Of a DNA stretch of 64,000 nucleotides, positions 1 through 12,400 are shown piece by piece (positions within the stretch are counted from its first letter, which is position 1; each line of letters begins with the position of its first letter). The stretch spans positions 3,103-67,102 of the IMG/VR virus record IMGVR_UViG_3300036761_001387; one strand, written 5' to 3'. The stretch is from a virus. The translations under genes and the position numbers were made by a program. The notes beneath the pieces are model-generated. The model had not been told where the DNA came from. It made no database searches and saw only the letters and a program-made list of their open reading frames with translations.

Positions 1-93
1 CGCGATCTTTACCGTGACTACCGCGCCCAAGCGGAGGAAGCCGCCGAACAGGCGTACCGCGATGAATTGGAACGCTGGTAAGGAGGCGATACA

Positions 94-312
94 GTGAGCG
101 AGAACACCCGGACGCTGATCTCTGACAACGCCGCCGCGTGGCGCGACGGCACGCTCTCGATGCCGTGCGCGAAGTGCAAGGAGAAGGACGCCGAGGTCGC
201 CGCGCTGAAGGCGAAGGCCAAGGTCGCCGACGAGTATTACACCGGAGAGGCGACCCGCTCCATGGCGGAGGAGATCGTCAAACTGCGGGAGGCGCTGGAG
301 GAGAAGCCGTGA
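94..312 (+). CDS. Small hypothetical protein with CxxC and coiled coil
   Basis: AAGGAGG RBS before GTG; stop overlaps next start (GTGA). Confidence 0.75.
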   Translation: MSENTRTLISDNAAAWRDGTLSMPCAKCKEKDAEVAALKAKAKVADEYYTGEATRSMAEEIVKLREALEEKP

Positions 313-722
313 GCCTGACGCGAGCGGAGTTTGAGGCACAGTTCCGTCGGATGAACGGCCCAGCTGCCGAGGAGGCGCTTCTCGCCCACGACGCCGCACA
401 GCGGGCCGAGGTCGCCCGGCTGCGGGGGATCATCCGTCACCTTCTCCCTCTGGCTGCGTTCTGCGCCCCGCCGGACGGGATGGAGTGGGTCAGAATCGCC
501 CGCGAGGCGCTGGAGGGCAAGACGGTCGTTTCCGTTCAAGAAGTCCTCGCCGCGAAGGACGCGGAGTTGACGGCTCTGAACGCTGCGCTCCACGGCTGCG
601 CGATGAAGCTGACGAAGGCCGAGGCCGAGGTCGCCGCGCTGCGGGGGGCGCTGGAGAAGATCGGCAAGAGCGTCATCTGTGACCACGGCAAGACAGCCCG
701 AGCTGCGCTGGAGAAGCCGTGA
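309..722 (+). CDS. Hypothetical coiled-coil protein (repeated AEVAxL / ALExK modules)
   Basis: GTG at 309 coupled to the upstream stop; start revised from track ORF 138..722. Confidence 0.7.
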   Translation: MSLTRAEFEAQFRRMNGPAAEEALLAHDAAQRAEVARLRGIIRHLLPLAAFCAPPDGMEWVRIAREALEGKTVVSVQEVLAAKDAELTALNAALHGCAMKLTKAEAEVAALRGALEKIGKSVICDHGKTARAALEKP

Positions 723-1177
723 GTCCGCGCCCGATCTACGAGAACGCACAGAGCCTCAAGGACGAGCTGGAAATCGCCACTGCCGTTTGCAACCACCTCG
801 GCTGCACGGGCCTCAGGAAGCTCAACCCAATCTCCTACGGCATCGACTTCGCCATCCTCGTCGCGGGTCCGGAAGAGGATGGCGTCTGGTGCCTTCTCGA
901 GGCGAAAGCGCGCAATCGTTTCTACCATCAGTGGATCATCTCTGCCCTGAAGACGGAACGTGCGGCGGGCTTTGGCGCCTCCGGGCTCGCGGTCTATTTC
1001 GCTTGGGGTGCCCGGTCTGGCATCGACTGGGAGATCGATCTCTGGCAGTGGAACCCCAAAGTTCGCACCTTCATTCTCGCCGGCAGGGATGACCGGGGCG
1101 ACGAGGACGACAAGGAACCGTGCCTGCTCGTTCCCCGGAGCCTCTGTGATTCCTTTTCGTACAGGAGAACGTCTTGA
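719..1177 (+). CDS. PD-(D/E)XK-family nuclease-like protein
   Basis: YGIDFAIL...LLEAKARN gives a D...ExK motif; coupled start. Confidence 0.6.
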   Translation: MSPRPIYENAQSLKDELEIATAVCNHLGCTGLRKLNPISYGIDFAILVAGPEEDGVWCLLEAKARNRFYHQWIISALKTERAAGFGASGLAVYFAWGARSGIDWEIDLWQWNPKVRTFILAGRDDRGDEDDKEPCLLVPRSLCDSFSYRRTS

Positions 1178-1476
1178 GCGAACTTCCCGCCAACCCCGAG
1201 GCCGATCATCTCGGCTGGCTCATCGCCCGGATGTCCGCTGCTGCCCTCGGCCACATGAAGCCAGACGAGCCCTACCCCGGCAAGCCGCTCGCCCCCGTCG
1301 AGGAGATCCTGAGGCTCCGGTTCGCGGCCATGACGCTCGCCGAGGCCGTGGCGAAGCGGATCTACGGGGCGACCTTCACGCCGACCGACGTGGACACGAT
1401 CTTCACCGAGGCCCTGAACGAGGCGGCCGAGAAGCTGCCGATTGCCTACGCGAAACCGAAGGAGGACGGAGGCTGA
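1174..1476 (+). CDS. Hypothetical protein
   Basis: AGGAG RBS, TTGA coupling, GC3-rich codons. Confidence 0.65.
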   Translation: MSELPANPEADHLGWLIARMSAAALGHMKPDEPYPGKPLAPVEEILRLRFAAMTLAEAVAKRIYGATFTPTDVDTIFTEALNEAAEKLPIAYAKPKEDGG

Positions 1477-1658
1477 TGTGGACTTGGAGCGTGCTCTTCG
1501 GGATCCTGAATTTTCTCGCAGTCGTCTTTGCTGTGGTGGGCGTAATCGCCATTGGGGCGCTACTGCACATGGGCTGGCAGATCGGCGGCGCCCTGATGAC
1601 GAAGTTCCGGGACTGGCGGGATTGTCATCGCACTTCCTCGTCGCGCTGGCGCTGGTGA
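1476..1658 (+). CDS. Small membrane protein
   Basis: TGATG coupling; long hydrophobic N-terminus MWTWSVLFGILNFLAVVFAVVGVIAIGALL. Confidence 0.6.
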   Translation: MWTWSVLFGILNFLAVVFAVVGVIAIGALLHMGWQIGGALMTKFRDWRDCHRTSSSRWRW

Positions 1659-1755
1659 TTCTTCTGGGCGTTTGCGCTGACTTCTGCGTTCGTCACTGGA
1701 CCGACATCGTCAACGAGGCCGGGCGGGACGGGGCTTCCGCCGAGAGGACTGGGTT

Positions 1756-2001
1756 ATGAAGTTTGAAATCGTCAAGAGCCGCGCGAAGAAGCTGTACACA
1801 CCGGGGGCCACGAAGGGGAAGCTCCAGTACCGCGTTCGGGTGAGAGGCCGGAACGGTCGAATCCTGCTGTCCTCGGAGACTTACAACGCGCGCATCGCCG
1901 CGAGGCGGATGATCGCGCACGTCTCAGCACAGGCACTGTGGACGCGGGTCGTTGATATCGACGAGACCGGCGACAAGCCGAAGAAGAAAGGGAAGCGCTG
2001 A
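1756..2001 (+). CDS. YegP/DUF1508-like small protein
   Basis: KFEIVKS...QYRVRVRGRNGRILLSSETY pattern typical of DUF1508. Confidence 0.7.
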   Translation: MKFEIVKSRAKKLYTPGATKGKLQYRVRVRGRNGRILLSSETYNARIAARRMIAHVSAQALWTRVVDIDETGDKPKKKGKR

Positions 2002-2065
2002 TGTACGAGAAGGGCATGGTCACCATCGCGCCGGCCGACGGGCCGACGCCCGAGAAGGAGAAGAG

Positions 2066-2425
2066 ATGACAGACGAACAGACGGAAGCCGTCCCCGAGAA
2101 AATCGCCATCTCCCGCGACCAGCAGCCCGTCCTGCGCTTTCGCATCGAGGAGACGATCCCGACGATCGAGCTTGTCGGCCAGCCTTCGGGCCATATCCTG
2201 AAGCTCTGGATGAACAAGGCAGCCGTGCTGGCGATGGCGCACGGCCTGATCGACGTCGCGGCCACGATGCCACCCACTCCGGACGGGATCGCCATCCTCC
2301 AGTTCGGCGGCATGAAGATGCCCCGGAACGCCGAGATCAAGGTCGAGAACGCGGCAGACTCTCCGACCCAGATCAGCCCCCTCGTCGGGCCGGGCGGCGA
2401 CCAGATCGTCAAGGTCGTGAAGTAG
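2066..2425 (+). CDS. Hypothetical protein
   Basis: AAGGAG RBS before ATG 2066; GC3-rich codons. Confidence 0.65.
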   Translation: MTDEQTEAVPEKIAISRDQQPVLRFRIEETIPTIELVGQPSGHILKLWMNKAAVLAMAHGLIDVAATMPPTPDGIAILQFGGMKMPRNAEIKVENAADSPTQISPLVGPGGDQIVKVVK

Positions 2426-2426
2426 C

Positions 2427-2780
2427 GTGGGCCGGCCGCGGCAACGGTCCATCGGCGTGGAGTACTTCCTCCCGGCCGATGGGCCGACGGCGGAGAAGAA
2501 GATCGCCCGCTCCGTCATTGCTCAGGCCGGCATCGACGCCACGTCCCGCGACGAGGACATCCGGCTCGACGCGCTTCGCTTCTTTCTCGGGGAAAGCCAG
2601 CCCTGCCGGATCGTCCGGGAGCACTGGTTTATGACCGCGCAGCTCCAGATCCCGGACATCGAGACGCTCAGGGATGGCCTCGCGAATGCCGTGAAGGATC
2701 CAACCGTATCGCGCTGCAAGGCGATCACCGAGGCGTGGGTCGCATGGAGACGCGAGAAGGAACGGAGCGAGGAGAAGTGA
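2427..2780 (+). CDS. Hypothetical protein
   Basis: Operon position and codon bias. Confidence 0.6.
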   Translation: MGRPRQRSIGVEYFLPADGPTAEKKIARSVIAQAGIDATSRDEDIRLDALRFFLGESQPCRIVREHWFMTAQLQIPDIETLRDGLANAVKDPTVSRCKAITEAWVAWRREKERSEEK

Positions 2781-3007
2781 CGTTGCTCTGTCTGCGTTGC
2801 AAGAAGGCCGTGGAGCGTCTCGACTCTGGCACTCTGGCGGAGATCTTCTCGCCCGGCGCGTACTACGTCGCCGGGGAGCGCGTCGTCTGGTGCCCGAACT
2901 GCCGGATCGTCCTCTGCCAGATGGTCGAGACCCGCATCCGCGACGCCGGGGAGGTCAGCCGGCGCTACGTCAAGATGAAGGTGCGGCCCAAGGGCGAGGG
3001 GATCTAA
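2777..3007 (+). CDS. Small zinc-ribbon protein
   Basis: CLRC...CPNC; GTGA coupling with AGGAG RBS. Confidence 0.6.
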   Translation: MTLLCLRCKKAVERLDSGTLAEIFSPGAYYVAGERVVWCPNCRIVLCQMVETRIRDAGEVSRRYVKMKVRPKGEGI

Positions 3008-3483
3008 GCCCTCTGCTCGCGGAGCGCGTCGGCCCGCTCCATGATCGGGTCAACGTACTTCCCGAAGTTGTTCGGCGTCGGGCTTCCGGCGTTGTAGGCC
3101 GAGAGGGCGTCCCGTATGTTCGCGTATCGGCTGATCTTGAGGGCGAGGTGCTGCGCCCCGAGGTCGAGAGCGAGCGCCGGGTTCGCAGCGAGGTCCGCGA
3201 GGAACGCGCCCTTGAAGCCCCGCTCCCGGGCCACCGCTCCCATGATCTGGAGCAGCCCCCACGAGCACATCTGGAGGATCCGCTCCGTCTCGAGCGAGCA
3301 TGGCGCGACGGGCACGACGGCCGAGACGGACGGCCAGAGCCAGCGGTAGCCGGGCTCGTAGCGCACGGCCGACGGGTTCCCGCCGCTCTCCTGAATGACC
3401 TGCGAGACGAGGAGGAACTCGTCGATCCCGTAGCGGTTGGCCGCGTCGGTCACGAGGGCGGTGATGCCGAAGGGCAGCGTCAT
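3004..3483 (-). CDS. Lytic transglycosylase (SLT domain), probable endolysin
   Basis: IQESGG catalytic Glu, SWGLLQIM and ALSAYNAG motifs. Confidence 0.9.
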   Translation of the reverse strand: MTLPFGITALVTDAANRYGIDEFLLVSQVIQESGGNPSAVRYEPGYRWLWPSVSAVVPVAPCSLETERILQMCSWGLLQIMGAVARERGFKGAFLADLAANPALALDLGAQHLALKISRYANIRDALSAYNAGSPTPNNFGKYVDPIMERADALREQRA

Positions 3484-6400
3484 GGGGCGTACGCCGATTT
3501 CGTCGGCCCCTGCTTGATCAGGGCCATCGCCCGCTTCGTCAGGTCGTCGACCACGTCAGGCTTGTACTCCTCGCGCCACTTCGTCCCGCGGAACTTCTTC
3601 ACGAATGCCGGGTACAGTTCCTTCCGCTCGGCGGGCGTAGCGTACTCAAAGGCTTCGACCGCAGCGGCCATCCGGGCCCGCTGGAAGTTCCCGAGATTCT
3701 TGACCTGAGTTGCGGCCTTCTGGATGTCCTTCAGTTCGTGCGGCGGGAGCTTCCCTTCCTTGACGGCGGCGCCGATCTCCTCGCGAATGGTGACGGCGCG
3801 CTCCGTATCGCTTGACTTGATCGCGGCCCGCAGGCGCGACGTCAGGCCGTGGGTGATATCGGCCTGCTTGAGCTGTTCCGTCGTCTTCGCCTCGGTGGGC
3901 GGCACGTTCTCGCGCAGGATCGTCTCCAGCGGCGTGTCCTGCGAGCTGTACGGCCCGCCGAAGAGATTCGGGATCATGGTGTCGGCGAGGACGCGCGTCG
4001 CCGGATGCTCCTCGACCTTCCCCGTCTCCAGCCTTCTGAAGATCGGGTTCGACTGCACGAGCATCGCCTCGGCGATCTTGGATCGGCCGGGCCAGCCCTT
4101 CTCGACGCGCCCGCGAACGATGGATTTCAGGGTCGGCGTCGACCGTCCGGCGCTCGTAAGCGACTGGACGTACGGCTCGGTCCCGAAGAATGCTGCCGCC
4201 ATACGCGCCGGTGGCCCGAGGAACGGGTGGGTCCAGCCGTTCAGCGTGTCGAGCATCGACTGCTCGTCGGCCTTCCAGCCGGGCATCCCCTTCATCATCC
4301 GGTTCTCGATCTGGGAGCGCAGGCCCGTGACGCGCAGCCCGCGGGCGATCAGGGGCGACGTGAACCCGAGGTTGACCCACGCCGTCCGGTCGAGGTTGTC
4401 GCCGTAGATGGCGCGGGCGAGGGCCGTCTGCCGGTGCTCCGGCTTGATGGCGATCTGGAAGAGCCGACTCTCGTCGTCCTCCCAAGGCCACTTGTCGCGG
4501 TAGAGCTTGTTGACGACGGCCCACGTCGCCACGAGTCCCGTCAGGCCGGACATGACCTGCATCGCCCGGTAGCGGTTGAAGGTCTGCTTCGCGAGGCCCT
4601 CGCCTACGGGGAGATGCCCAGCACTCAGCATCCCCGCGATGCCGTTCCAGTTCATCTGGCGGCCCGCCGTGTAGAAGGGCGCCATCCCCGTGCTCTTCGC
4701 CCCTCGCTCGATCCGGCCCTCCGTCTCGAAGACGTAGTTCCCGAGCATCCGGGTGAACTGGAAGCGCTCGTTCGGCGTCATCTCGATCCCGGACTTCTCG
4801 GCGATGTGCTCCCCGATCTTGTCGAGGAGGAGCCGACAGCGAATATCGAGCCCATTCGGACCGAACACGATCGGGGAGAAGTCGATCGGGGAGCGGGCGT
4901 GACCTTTCCCGGCCCTGTCCCTGTGCCACGGAGTCTGAAGGAACGAAACCTTCTCAGCCCCGGTCGTTTCAGCGAGCCTCTTCGAGTACGTCACCGTGCC
5001 AGCGCGGTTCGGGATCTGGCCGTTCTCGACCATCTCCATGTACCGCTCGCTCCACTCCGCCGCCTCCGGCTTGACGGCCATGATGTTCGCGAGTCCCGCG
5101 ACGAACTTCGTCATCGCGTTGGCCGACGCGGCCTTCGAGAAGATGTCGGTCCCGACGATCGGGGCGCGCAGAACCATCGTTCCGACGAGGTTCGCCGTGT
5201 GAAAGACCGCGTCGGTCGGGCCGCCCATCTGGAAGGCCGTGATGAAGTGGAGGATCTTCTGGAACTGGGCCTCCTCGACCTTCGGGTCGCCCGTGAGGAT
5301 CGTGCTCAGTTCCTTCGCGAGCCACTTCGGGACCTCGGCTCGGGCCTGCGGGACCCGGATCAGCTTGCCGTCCTTGCTGATCATCATCGCGATGCCGATC
5401 GGGACGGTCTCGGCCTCGAACGTCTGGCCGCCCCACTTCACGGTCCCCGTGCTGCTCTGGCCCGGGGCGAGCGGCTTCAACAGTCCCTGCGTCTGCAGCT
5501 CGCCGATGAGCCCGCCGCGTCCGTTCAGCCGGATCGAGCGGGCGAGGGAGTTCCGGAGCGCCTCGACACCCGTGTCGTACTGGTCGGACAGGCCGGTCGC
5601 GAAGTTGTTCCCGGGGTTCTTCGGCTTGATCCACGGCGAGCGCTCACCGCGGTAGTCGCGGGGGGCCATCTCCGGAGCCTGCGACAGCGGGAAGTAGGCG
5701 TCCATCGGGCCGAGATGCTTCGAGACGAAGCCCTCGTTCAGCTCGTGCGCGTCGCGCATTGGCGCCTCGAGCAGTCGCTTGTAGATCTCCAGCGCTTTCT
5801 TCACCTCGGGCCGGGCGATGTAGGCCTCGAACTTCTCGTCGTTCGCGAGGACAGCCTCGCCGACGTTGTCGCGCGCCGTCGAGAAGACCTCCTTCAGGAA
5901 GCGCCGGAGCCCCTGCACGCTTTCAGCGATCTGCGCCTTCCGCTCGGCCTCTGTCCCCCTCGTCGCGGACTTCCCCTCGGCGTCGTAGAGCGCCGTAGAC
6001 AGCTCGTCCGGGAGGTCCCTCTCCTCGAATCCGCGTTTCCCGTCGATCGCCGTGATGGCCGTGTCGAACAGGCCGGTCTTGGCCTGCTCGATCAGCTCTT
6101 CCGGGGAGAGCTTGTCGACGTACCCGATCATGTCGGTGTACTTGTCCCGGATCCCGCGAAGCCGGCTCTCGGCCAGAGCCGTGAAGAAGTTCTCGGCGTC
6201 CTTCACGGTGCCCTTCAGCGCCTCGGCGATCTTCGGGACAGCGACCGAGACCATCTTGATGGCCTTCGGCAGGGAGGAGGCGGCCCGGCGTGCCAGTTCG
6301 GCAGCCCTCGCGGAGGCCATTTCGAGCTGGTTCAGGCCGTACCCGCCGAGGATGTCCTTCAGCTCGGCCAGCCGATTCAGCTTGGCCTTCGGCTTGAGGG

Positions 6401-9400
6401 GGTCCCCCTCGACCATGGCCGTGATCCGCTTCCCGAGGGGCGGCTGGGCCATTTCCTCGCCCTTCGTGGCGGGGCCGACGCCCCCCTCCATCCGGACGGG
6501 GGGTGCCGCCACGATCCGGCGGCGGGCGGCAGGCCCGAATTCCGGTTCCCGGGGGGCCGCGGCGGCCTCCGGCGGGGCGATCGGCTCGCGGGCCGGGGCT
6601 GGGGTCTCGGCCGGCGGTCGGGTCTCTACGGGCCTTGCAGCCCGCTCGGCGGCGCGCTCCCGCTCCCACTCCCCGACGTCCCGGACGTCTTCCGGGGGGG
6701 TCTCTTCTGGCCCTACTTCTCCGTACCCGGCACGGGGCTCGGCGGCAAGGGCTGCTGGCCCAGCTTCCGCTTCGGGGCCGGCTCCGCTGGCTCGCTCGGC
6801 TTCGGCGAGTCGGTCTTCCCAGCGGGCTTGGACTTCCCGAACGGCATCACTGGACCGATCCAGATCCGCCCGTAGCTCGGGTGGGATTCCGGTAAGTCGA
6901 CTCTCGTACCCATCGGCCCCTCCTTCGACGAGCCCGCCATCATGGGCCCGCTCGTCGAATGGTACATCCATTTTGCCCGTCGCGCGCTCCGCCGCTGCCA
7001 CTGCCCGCTGACGGAAGCTCTTGAGGACTTCCCTGTCTTGCCCGGCCCATGTGATCGCGCCGATCCCGTGCTCGTCCGGCACGACAAAGCCGTCCAGCCC
7101 GGCCGCCTCGAACTCGTGCAGGAAGGCCACCGCCTCCTCGGGCGTGGGCTTCTTCTCGAACGGGAAGTAGACCGCGTTCGCCTTGTCCGGCTCCAGAATG
7201 CGCCCGGACTGCTTGTCCCGCGCCAGCCTGAAGTAGCAGCCGTAGCCGACGCTGGCCTGACCCAGAGCCTTCCCGACCATGGCGGCGAAGCGCTCGACGA
7301 GCGCCCGAGCCGACGGCTCGATCTCGACAGGCGCACCGCCCGGCCCGGCCGGCATCGAGAGGTAGACGTGCGGGGCTGGGTTCGATTCCCCCTCGTACGC
7401 GCCGGCGTTGATCTCGACCTTCTCGGGCAGCAGGCCGAGCTTCCGCGCCCAGTCGAGAAGAGGGACGTGCTGCAGCGCCTCGTCCGTGTACTGCGCCTTG
7501 TTCTCAGGCGTCGTCCGCTCCAGATAGGAGCGCGGGGGGACCGCTTCCAGCGTGACGCGCCCGCTCTCCCGGGGCGCGAGGTCGGCGAAGTCCGCGCCGG
7601 CCTCCTCGATCGTGGGCTTCGGGCCCACTTTCCCGCCGGCCTCCCACTTCTTCGTGTTCTTCGTCCACTTCTCGTGCGTCCAGAGCGCGGCCTGAACCTG
7701 ATGCGGGCGCCAGTCGTTGCCGAGCTTCTTCGCGATGCGCTCCAGCGTCTTCTCGGCGAAGTCGTACTGGCGCTCGGTCGGCGCGCCCGTCTTGTACCCG
7801 AACTTGTCCATCACGTGGACGTCGACCGTGCTGCCCTGAATGCGGTGCGGGTCGATCTCCACCATGAGGTTCTTGTAGAAGTTGTTCGTCTTCCGGCCTT
7901 CCCAGTTCGCGCCAGCGTCGGCCGCGGCCTGCATCGCCTCGTCCTGCCTGTCCTGCTTGCTGGAATGGATCGGCTCGCCGTTCTTCCACTGGTGGAAGGC
8001 CTGAAGCGCGCGCCGCCAGTTGATCGGGACGGACTCCTGCGGGGACGTGATCGCCATGAAACGGCAGAGGATGCCCGCGTCCTCGACGTCGCCCTGCATG
8101 ATCTTGAGGACGTGCTTGCTGGTCTTCTCGTACCAGAAGCGCCGGGTCTCGGCCGCCTTGGCTTCCTTCGCGAGCTTGTTCTCCCAGACCCTGCGGTCGA
8201 GCAGCGTCTTGAGGTGCTCCGGTGCGCCGTTCAGTTCGCGCGGCCTGCCGCGCCACATATCCTCGTCCCTCTTCTCTCCGACGCCGTAGCCTCCCTCCGG
8301 CTCCGCCACGTGCATGACGGCGGGCTTCTCGCCGTACCGAAGCCCGGCGTCGGGACTCTTGACCGTGAGCCCTTCTGGGATGCCGCGGCCGTTGATCTTC
8401 GCGTCCCGGATCGCGCCTTCCGTCCGGAGGAAGTTCGCGAGGTCGCGGATGTACGCGTCGTACTTCCCCTCCGTTCCGTTGTGGACGAGGAAGACGTTGT
8501 GCGTGCCGTGGTCCGACATCGACTGGACGATGTAGTCACAGATCTTCTCGTACTGCGCGCCTCGGTCGCTGGCGGAGAGCACGAGATCGACCGGAATCGT
8601 CTCGACAGCACGGACGCGGCCGACGATGCTGAGTTGGGGATCGACGTCTCGGCTCGCGTGAACGAGTGTGATGGTTTCGGGGTCGCTGCCGAGCCGTTCT
8701 GCCACTTTCGCCAAGTCGTGATGATCCGCGACCCTCATCCCGAGCCCGATGCGGTTGTCCGTCTCAAGCGCGCGCAGCACGACGGGCTGCTTCACGCGGA
8801 GCGGGAGCATCTCGACGCGGGCCGCGAGCGTGTCGCTGTCCCGACCCGCCTCCGATAGTCGCAGGATCCCGTACGTCTTGTGGTTGATGATGACGTGACC
8901 CTCGAAAGTCAGGTCCGGGGCCGCCTTCCGAAAGGCCTCGTACGCCACCAGCGTCATCCGATGGTCGGCCGGGCTGGGGGTCGGGTCACCCGTCGGGTGG
9001 TTGTGGGTGATCGCGTAGCCCTCGGCGCGGTGCGCGCGGAGCCAGTCGACGACCTCGGCATGATGCTCGGCGAGCGGCACGTCCGCCGCCATGACCTGAG
9101 TCGGGAGGTTCGACGTGATCGCCCACTCGCCGACGATCTCGCCGTCGCGGATTGCGAGGTAGCGGAGGGTCTCGAAGCGACTGTCGCGGGCTACTTGGCC
9201 GACGGTCGCGAGGTCTTCAATGAAGCCTTCGCCTTGCCGGACCTTGAGCCCGACGAGCGAGACGACACCCTTCTCCTGAAGATCGTCGGCAATTCTGGTG
9301 CCGACGGTTCGGGCTCGTAAGTCGCTCTTAAGTGACTGTCGTCTATCAAGCCGTCCACGCAGTTCTTCGATACCTCGTCTGGCAGCGACAGCGGCCCGAA

Positions 9401-12400
9401 GCAGGACACTCTCTCGGACTGCCGGCGCCAGCTCTGGGTGAGCAGCACCCGGCCTTCCCGAACTCGGGAGGGCTTCCGCTCCGAAGAGGTCGAGCGTTTT
9501 CCTGTCACGGGGCGCCTCTACCCGAGCGGACCCTTCGATTTCGCGTGGATGGCCGCGTTCTGCTGCGGCGAGCGGGGTGCCTTGAACCCTTGGTAGGCCA
9601 CCGGGCCCGACGGGGGCTCGAACGAGGGCTCCTTCAACATCGCTGCGTGGTCCGCGGCCATAAGCGCCGGCAGCTTCGGGTTGACCCTCGCGAAGAACGC
9701 CGCCAGTTTCTTGCCATTCGCCATGATGGGTCTCCTTCGCTTTCCGGGCTGCGGCCAGTACCGCGTCGCCTTCGGAGGTATGGTATGTCGCCGTGCGGAG
9801 ATCTTCAAGTCCTTTCGCGACGTCGGCCGCAGAAAGCCCTTCACCCGCCCTTGAGTCGCCGGGGAGGTACCTGATGTCCCCCGTCCCGGCCAGCTCGTTC
9901 TCGGCGCCCCGCATCGCTTCGAGGACCGGGACCTCGGCCTTGCGGGGTAGGTGGTCTTGAACCATCTGGCCGCCGGCGGGCGTGTAGGCCTCGTCCGGAC
10001 CGCGTTTCACGCCCCGCTCCGACATCCGGGCCTGAACGCGATTCGTCGGCGTGAAGGGATCCAGTCGGCCGTTGTAGCGGGAGCGGTCGTAGTCGGCCAC
10101 GACGAGGTGGACACGACCGGATCCGTTCAGGACGGCGATGGCCCGACCGCCGCCCGGGTCTTCGGCGACGATGAGCCGGTACGGTAGCCCGTGATCCGTC
10201 TTCAGCTCCGCCTCGCGAACGCCACTCTTGTCCGGCGCCGAGAGGAGGTGTTGGTTCTTCGCGAACTTGTCGTTCGCTTCCTTGACGAGCGTTGTCCCGG
10301 CTTCGGCCGGAAGCGTCGCGACGACCTTGAACGGCACGGCGTGGTAGTTCGGGTCGGCCTTTGCCTTCGCCTGCTCTTCGCGATGGACGTCGATCTGTCG
10401 GAAGAGCTGTTCTTCCGCTTCGAGACGCGGCTCGATCTCTCCTTCGGCCCAGCCCGCCTCTCTCATTGCCCGCGTGACCCGTTCGTCGTACCGGCCGCGG
10501 GGCTCGGCTACGGTAGGAGGAGCCACGGCCTCGGTGGATTGGACGGGTGGGGTCGTGGCCTGCGGCTCCTCTGGGCGGCGGGCTTCTGGGCGGGCAGCCG
10601 CATTCGGCGGGGCGGCCTCTGCGGGGGTGGGCTCCTGACGGACCGAGGGGATCTCCATCGCCTTCTTCTTGGCGTCCCAGAGAAGCTCCTCGGCGTTCTT
10701 CCTGCTCATCGCGTACTGCTGCCGGAGAGCCTCGGGCGTCACTTCCTCGCCGCCGGCGATGCGCTGGGCGGTCTCGAGGACGCGGCCCTTGTAGCGCCAC
10801 TGCTCGCGGGGTCCGGCGGGGCCGCCTTGCGGCTCCGGGCCCAGCTCGAGCGCCAGCTCGGGCTTGAGCATCGGGAACTCCGCGAGCGGGACGGGCGGGA
10901 ACTGCAGCGGGCCTTCGGCGCCGCGCTCGGCGTTCAGCCCGATCGGAATTGTCGGGCCCTGCGCTTCGACGGGACGCGGTGGCGGCGCTGGGCCGAGCCC
11001 CGTGGCGTCGACTCCGGGCGGCAGCTCGTCGGCGAGATCCGGCCGCTGGTTGGCAGCGATGCCGACGGGCTCGGGCGCGAACTCGAAGCCGTCGGGCGGG
11101 GCGAAAGGCTTCGCCGCGGTCTCCACGTCGAGGGGTTCTTCGCCCGGTGGTCTGCCTTCGAACTGCTGGCGCATTCGCCACTGGTCGTAGAGGTGTTTGT
11201 TTGCTTCGTGTACTTTGGCGCCCTTCTCGTGGAGCCCGGGTACGAATGCCATGTAGGCGCTCGCGAGAATCCCTGAAATCGCAACGCCGCGCTCTTCCGG
11301 CGAGAGGGCGTCCCAGTTCTTCGTCAGATCGGTTAGGCCCTGCGCCGCTCCGACAGCCCCCTCGGCTCCGAAGTAACTCGTGATCGCGGCCGAGACATAG
11401 GGCACGGCTACCGGCGCTGCCGCGGCAACGATCGGAAGCCCGAGCAGGAGCGAGGCGTTCGTCGGCGAGCCAAGCGCGGTGATGAATTCAACCGGCGAGG
11501 CCGCAGCACGACCGATAGTGGTGGCGGCGTCCTTGGGAACGCCGAGCGTTGTCAGGACTCCGGCGACGGCATGGCCCGCCGCGCTCGCGACCGGCTCCGT
11601 GATGGTCTGTTGGTAGGCCTCGTTCCTGCGCCCGATGATCTCCCCGACGCCGCGCACGTTCTTTTCGAGATTTGTCGGGATCGACGTGACGCCCTCGGTC
11701 TGGATCCCTTCCCTTTCTGGCGCAGCCAAGGCCCCGGCCTCATGGAAGCGCCGGACCAGATCCTCGTCTCTCGCAACGAGAGGCTTACCCGGGACGGCCG
11801 GCACCTCCAGCGGCGCACTTTGTGTCGAGGCGATCCCGAACGCGCCGGGGAGAGACTTGATCGCCGTGCCGAGGAGTCCCGGCCGCGAGGCGTTCTCCGC
11901 CTCCTGCTCCTGCTGCAGCTTCGCCAACTCGGCCCTCTTGTCTCTTTGCTCGACGAGCCCACGCGACACGGCCATCAGCGGCTCTGTCGTCACGGGGGCA
12001 ATCTGATCTTGGAGCGCCTTCTTCGCCCGCAGTTGCTTCAGAAGGGCCTGCGTCTTCGGATCGAGCGTGCTTTCGGCGGCCGGATCCGGATTCTCGAAAA
12101 GCTGGTCGAGGGCCTTGGCCGAGAGACTGGTCGCCGCGGCATGGGCCTTCCGCCCCTCGATGATCCCGGGCGACGTAGCGAGTGGCGCCGGAGGGGGCGG
12201 CATGGCCTCTCCCACCGGCTCGTCGGTCGGCATCGCACCCTCGACCGTGGCCTCGAATGCATACTTCGGCGCCCTCGGTTTCTCCGGCTCGGCAAAGTCG
12301 AAGCCCGGCGGAGGGGCGAAGGTCTTCTTCTCCGGCTCGGGCGACGTCGGGTCGTTCGTGTCGGCGAAGTCGAAGCCCGGCGGCGGAGCAAACGATTCGG

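Noticed and set aside
3849-6875. 1008-aa plus-strand ORF (also 6942..8858, 52881..55709, 59563..61323, 61959..63989)
   Set aside because: Antisense shadows of GC3-rich real genes; no RBS or recognisable motifs.
9191-9508. Third nested +1 ORF in the giant gene
   Set aside because: Codon usage is atypical here, but there is no convincing RBS and no GC3 enrichment in the alternative frame.
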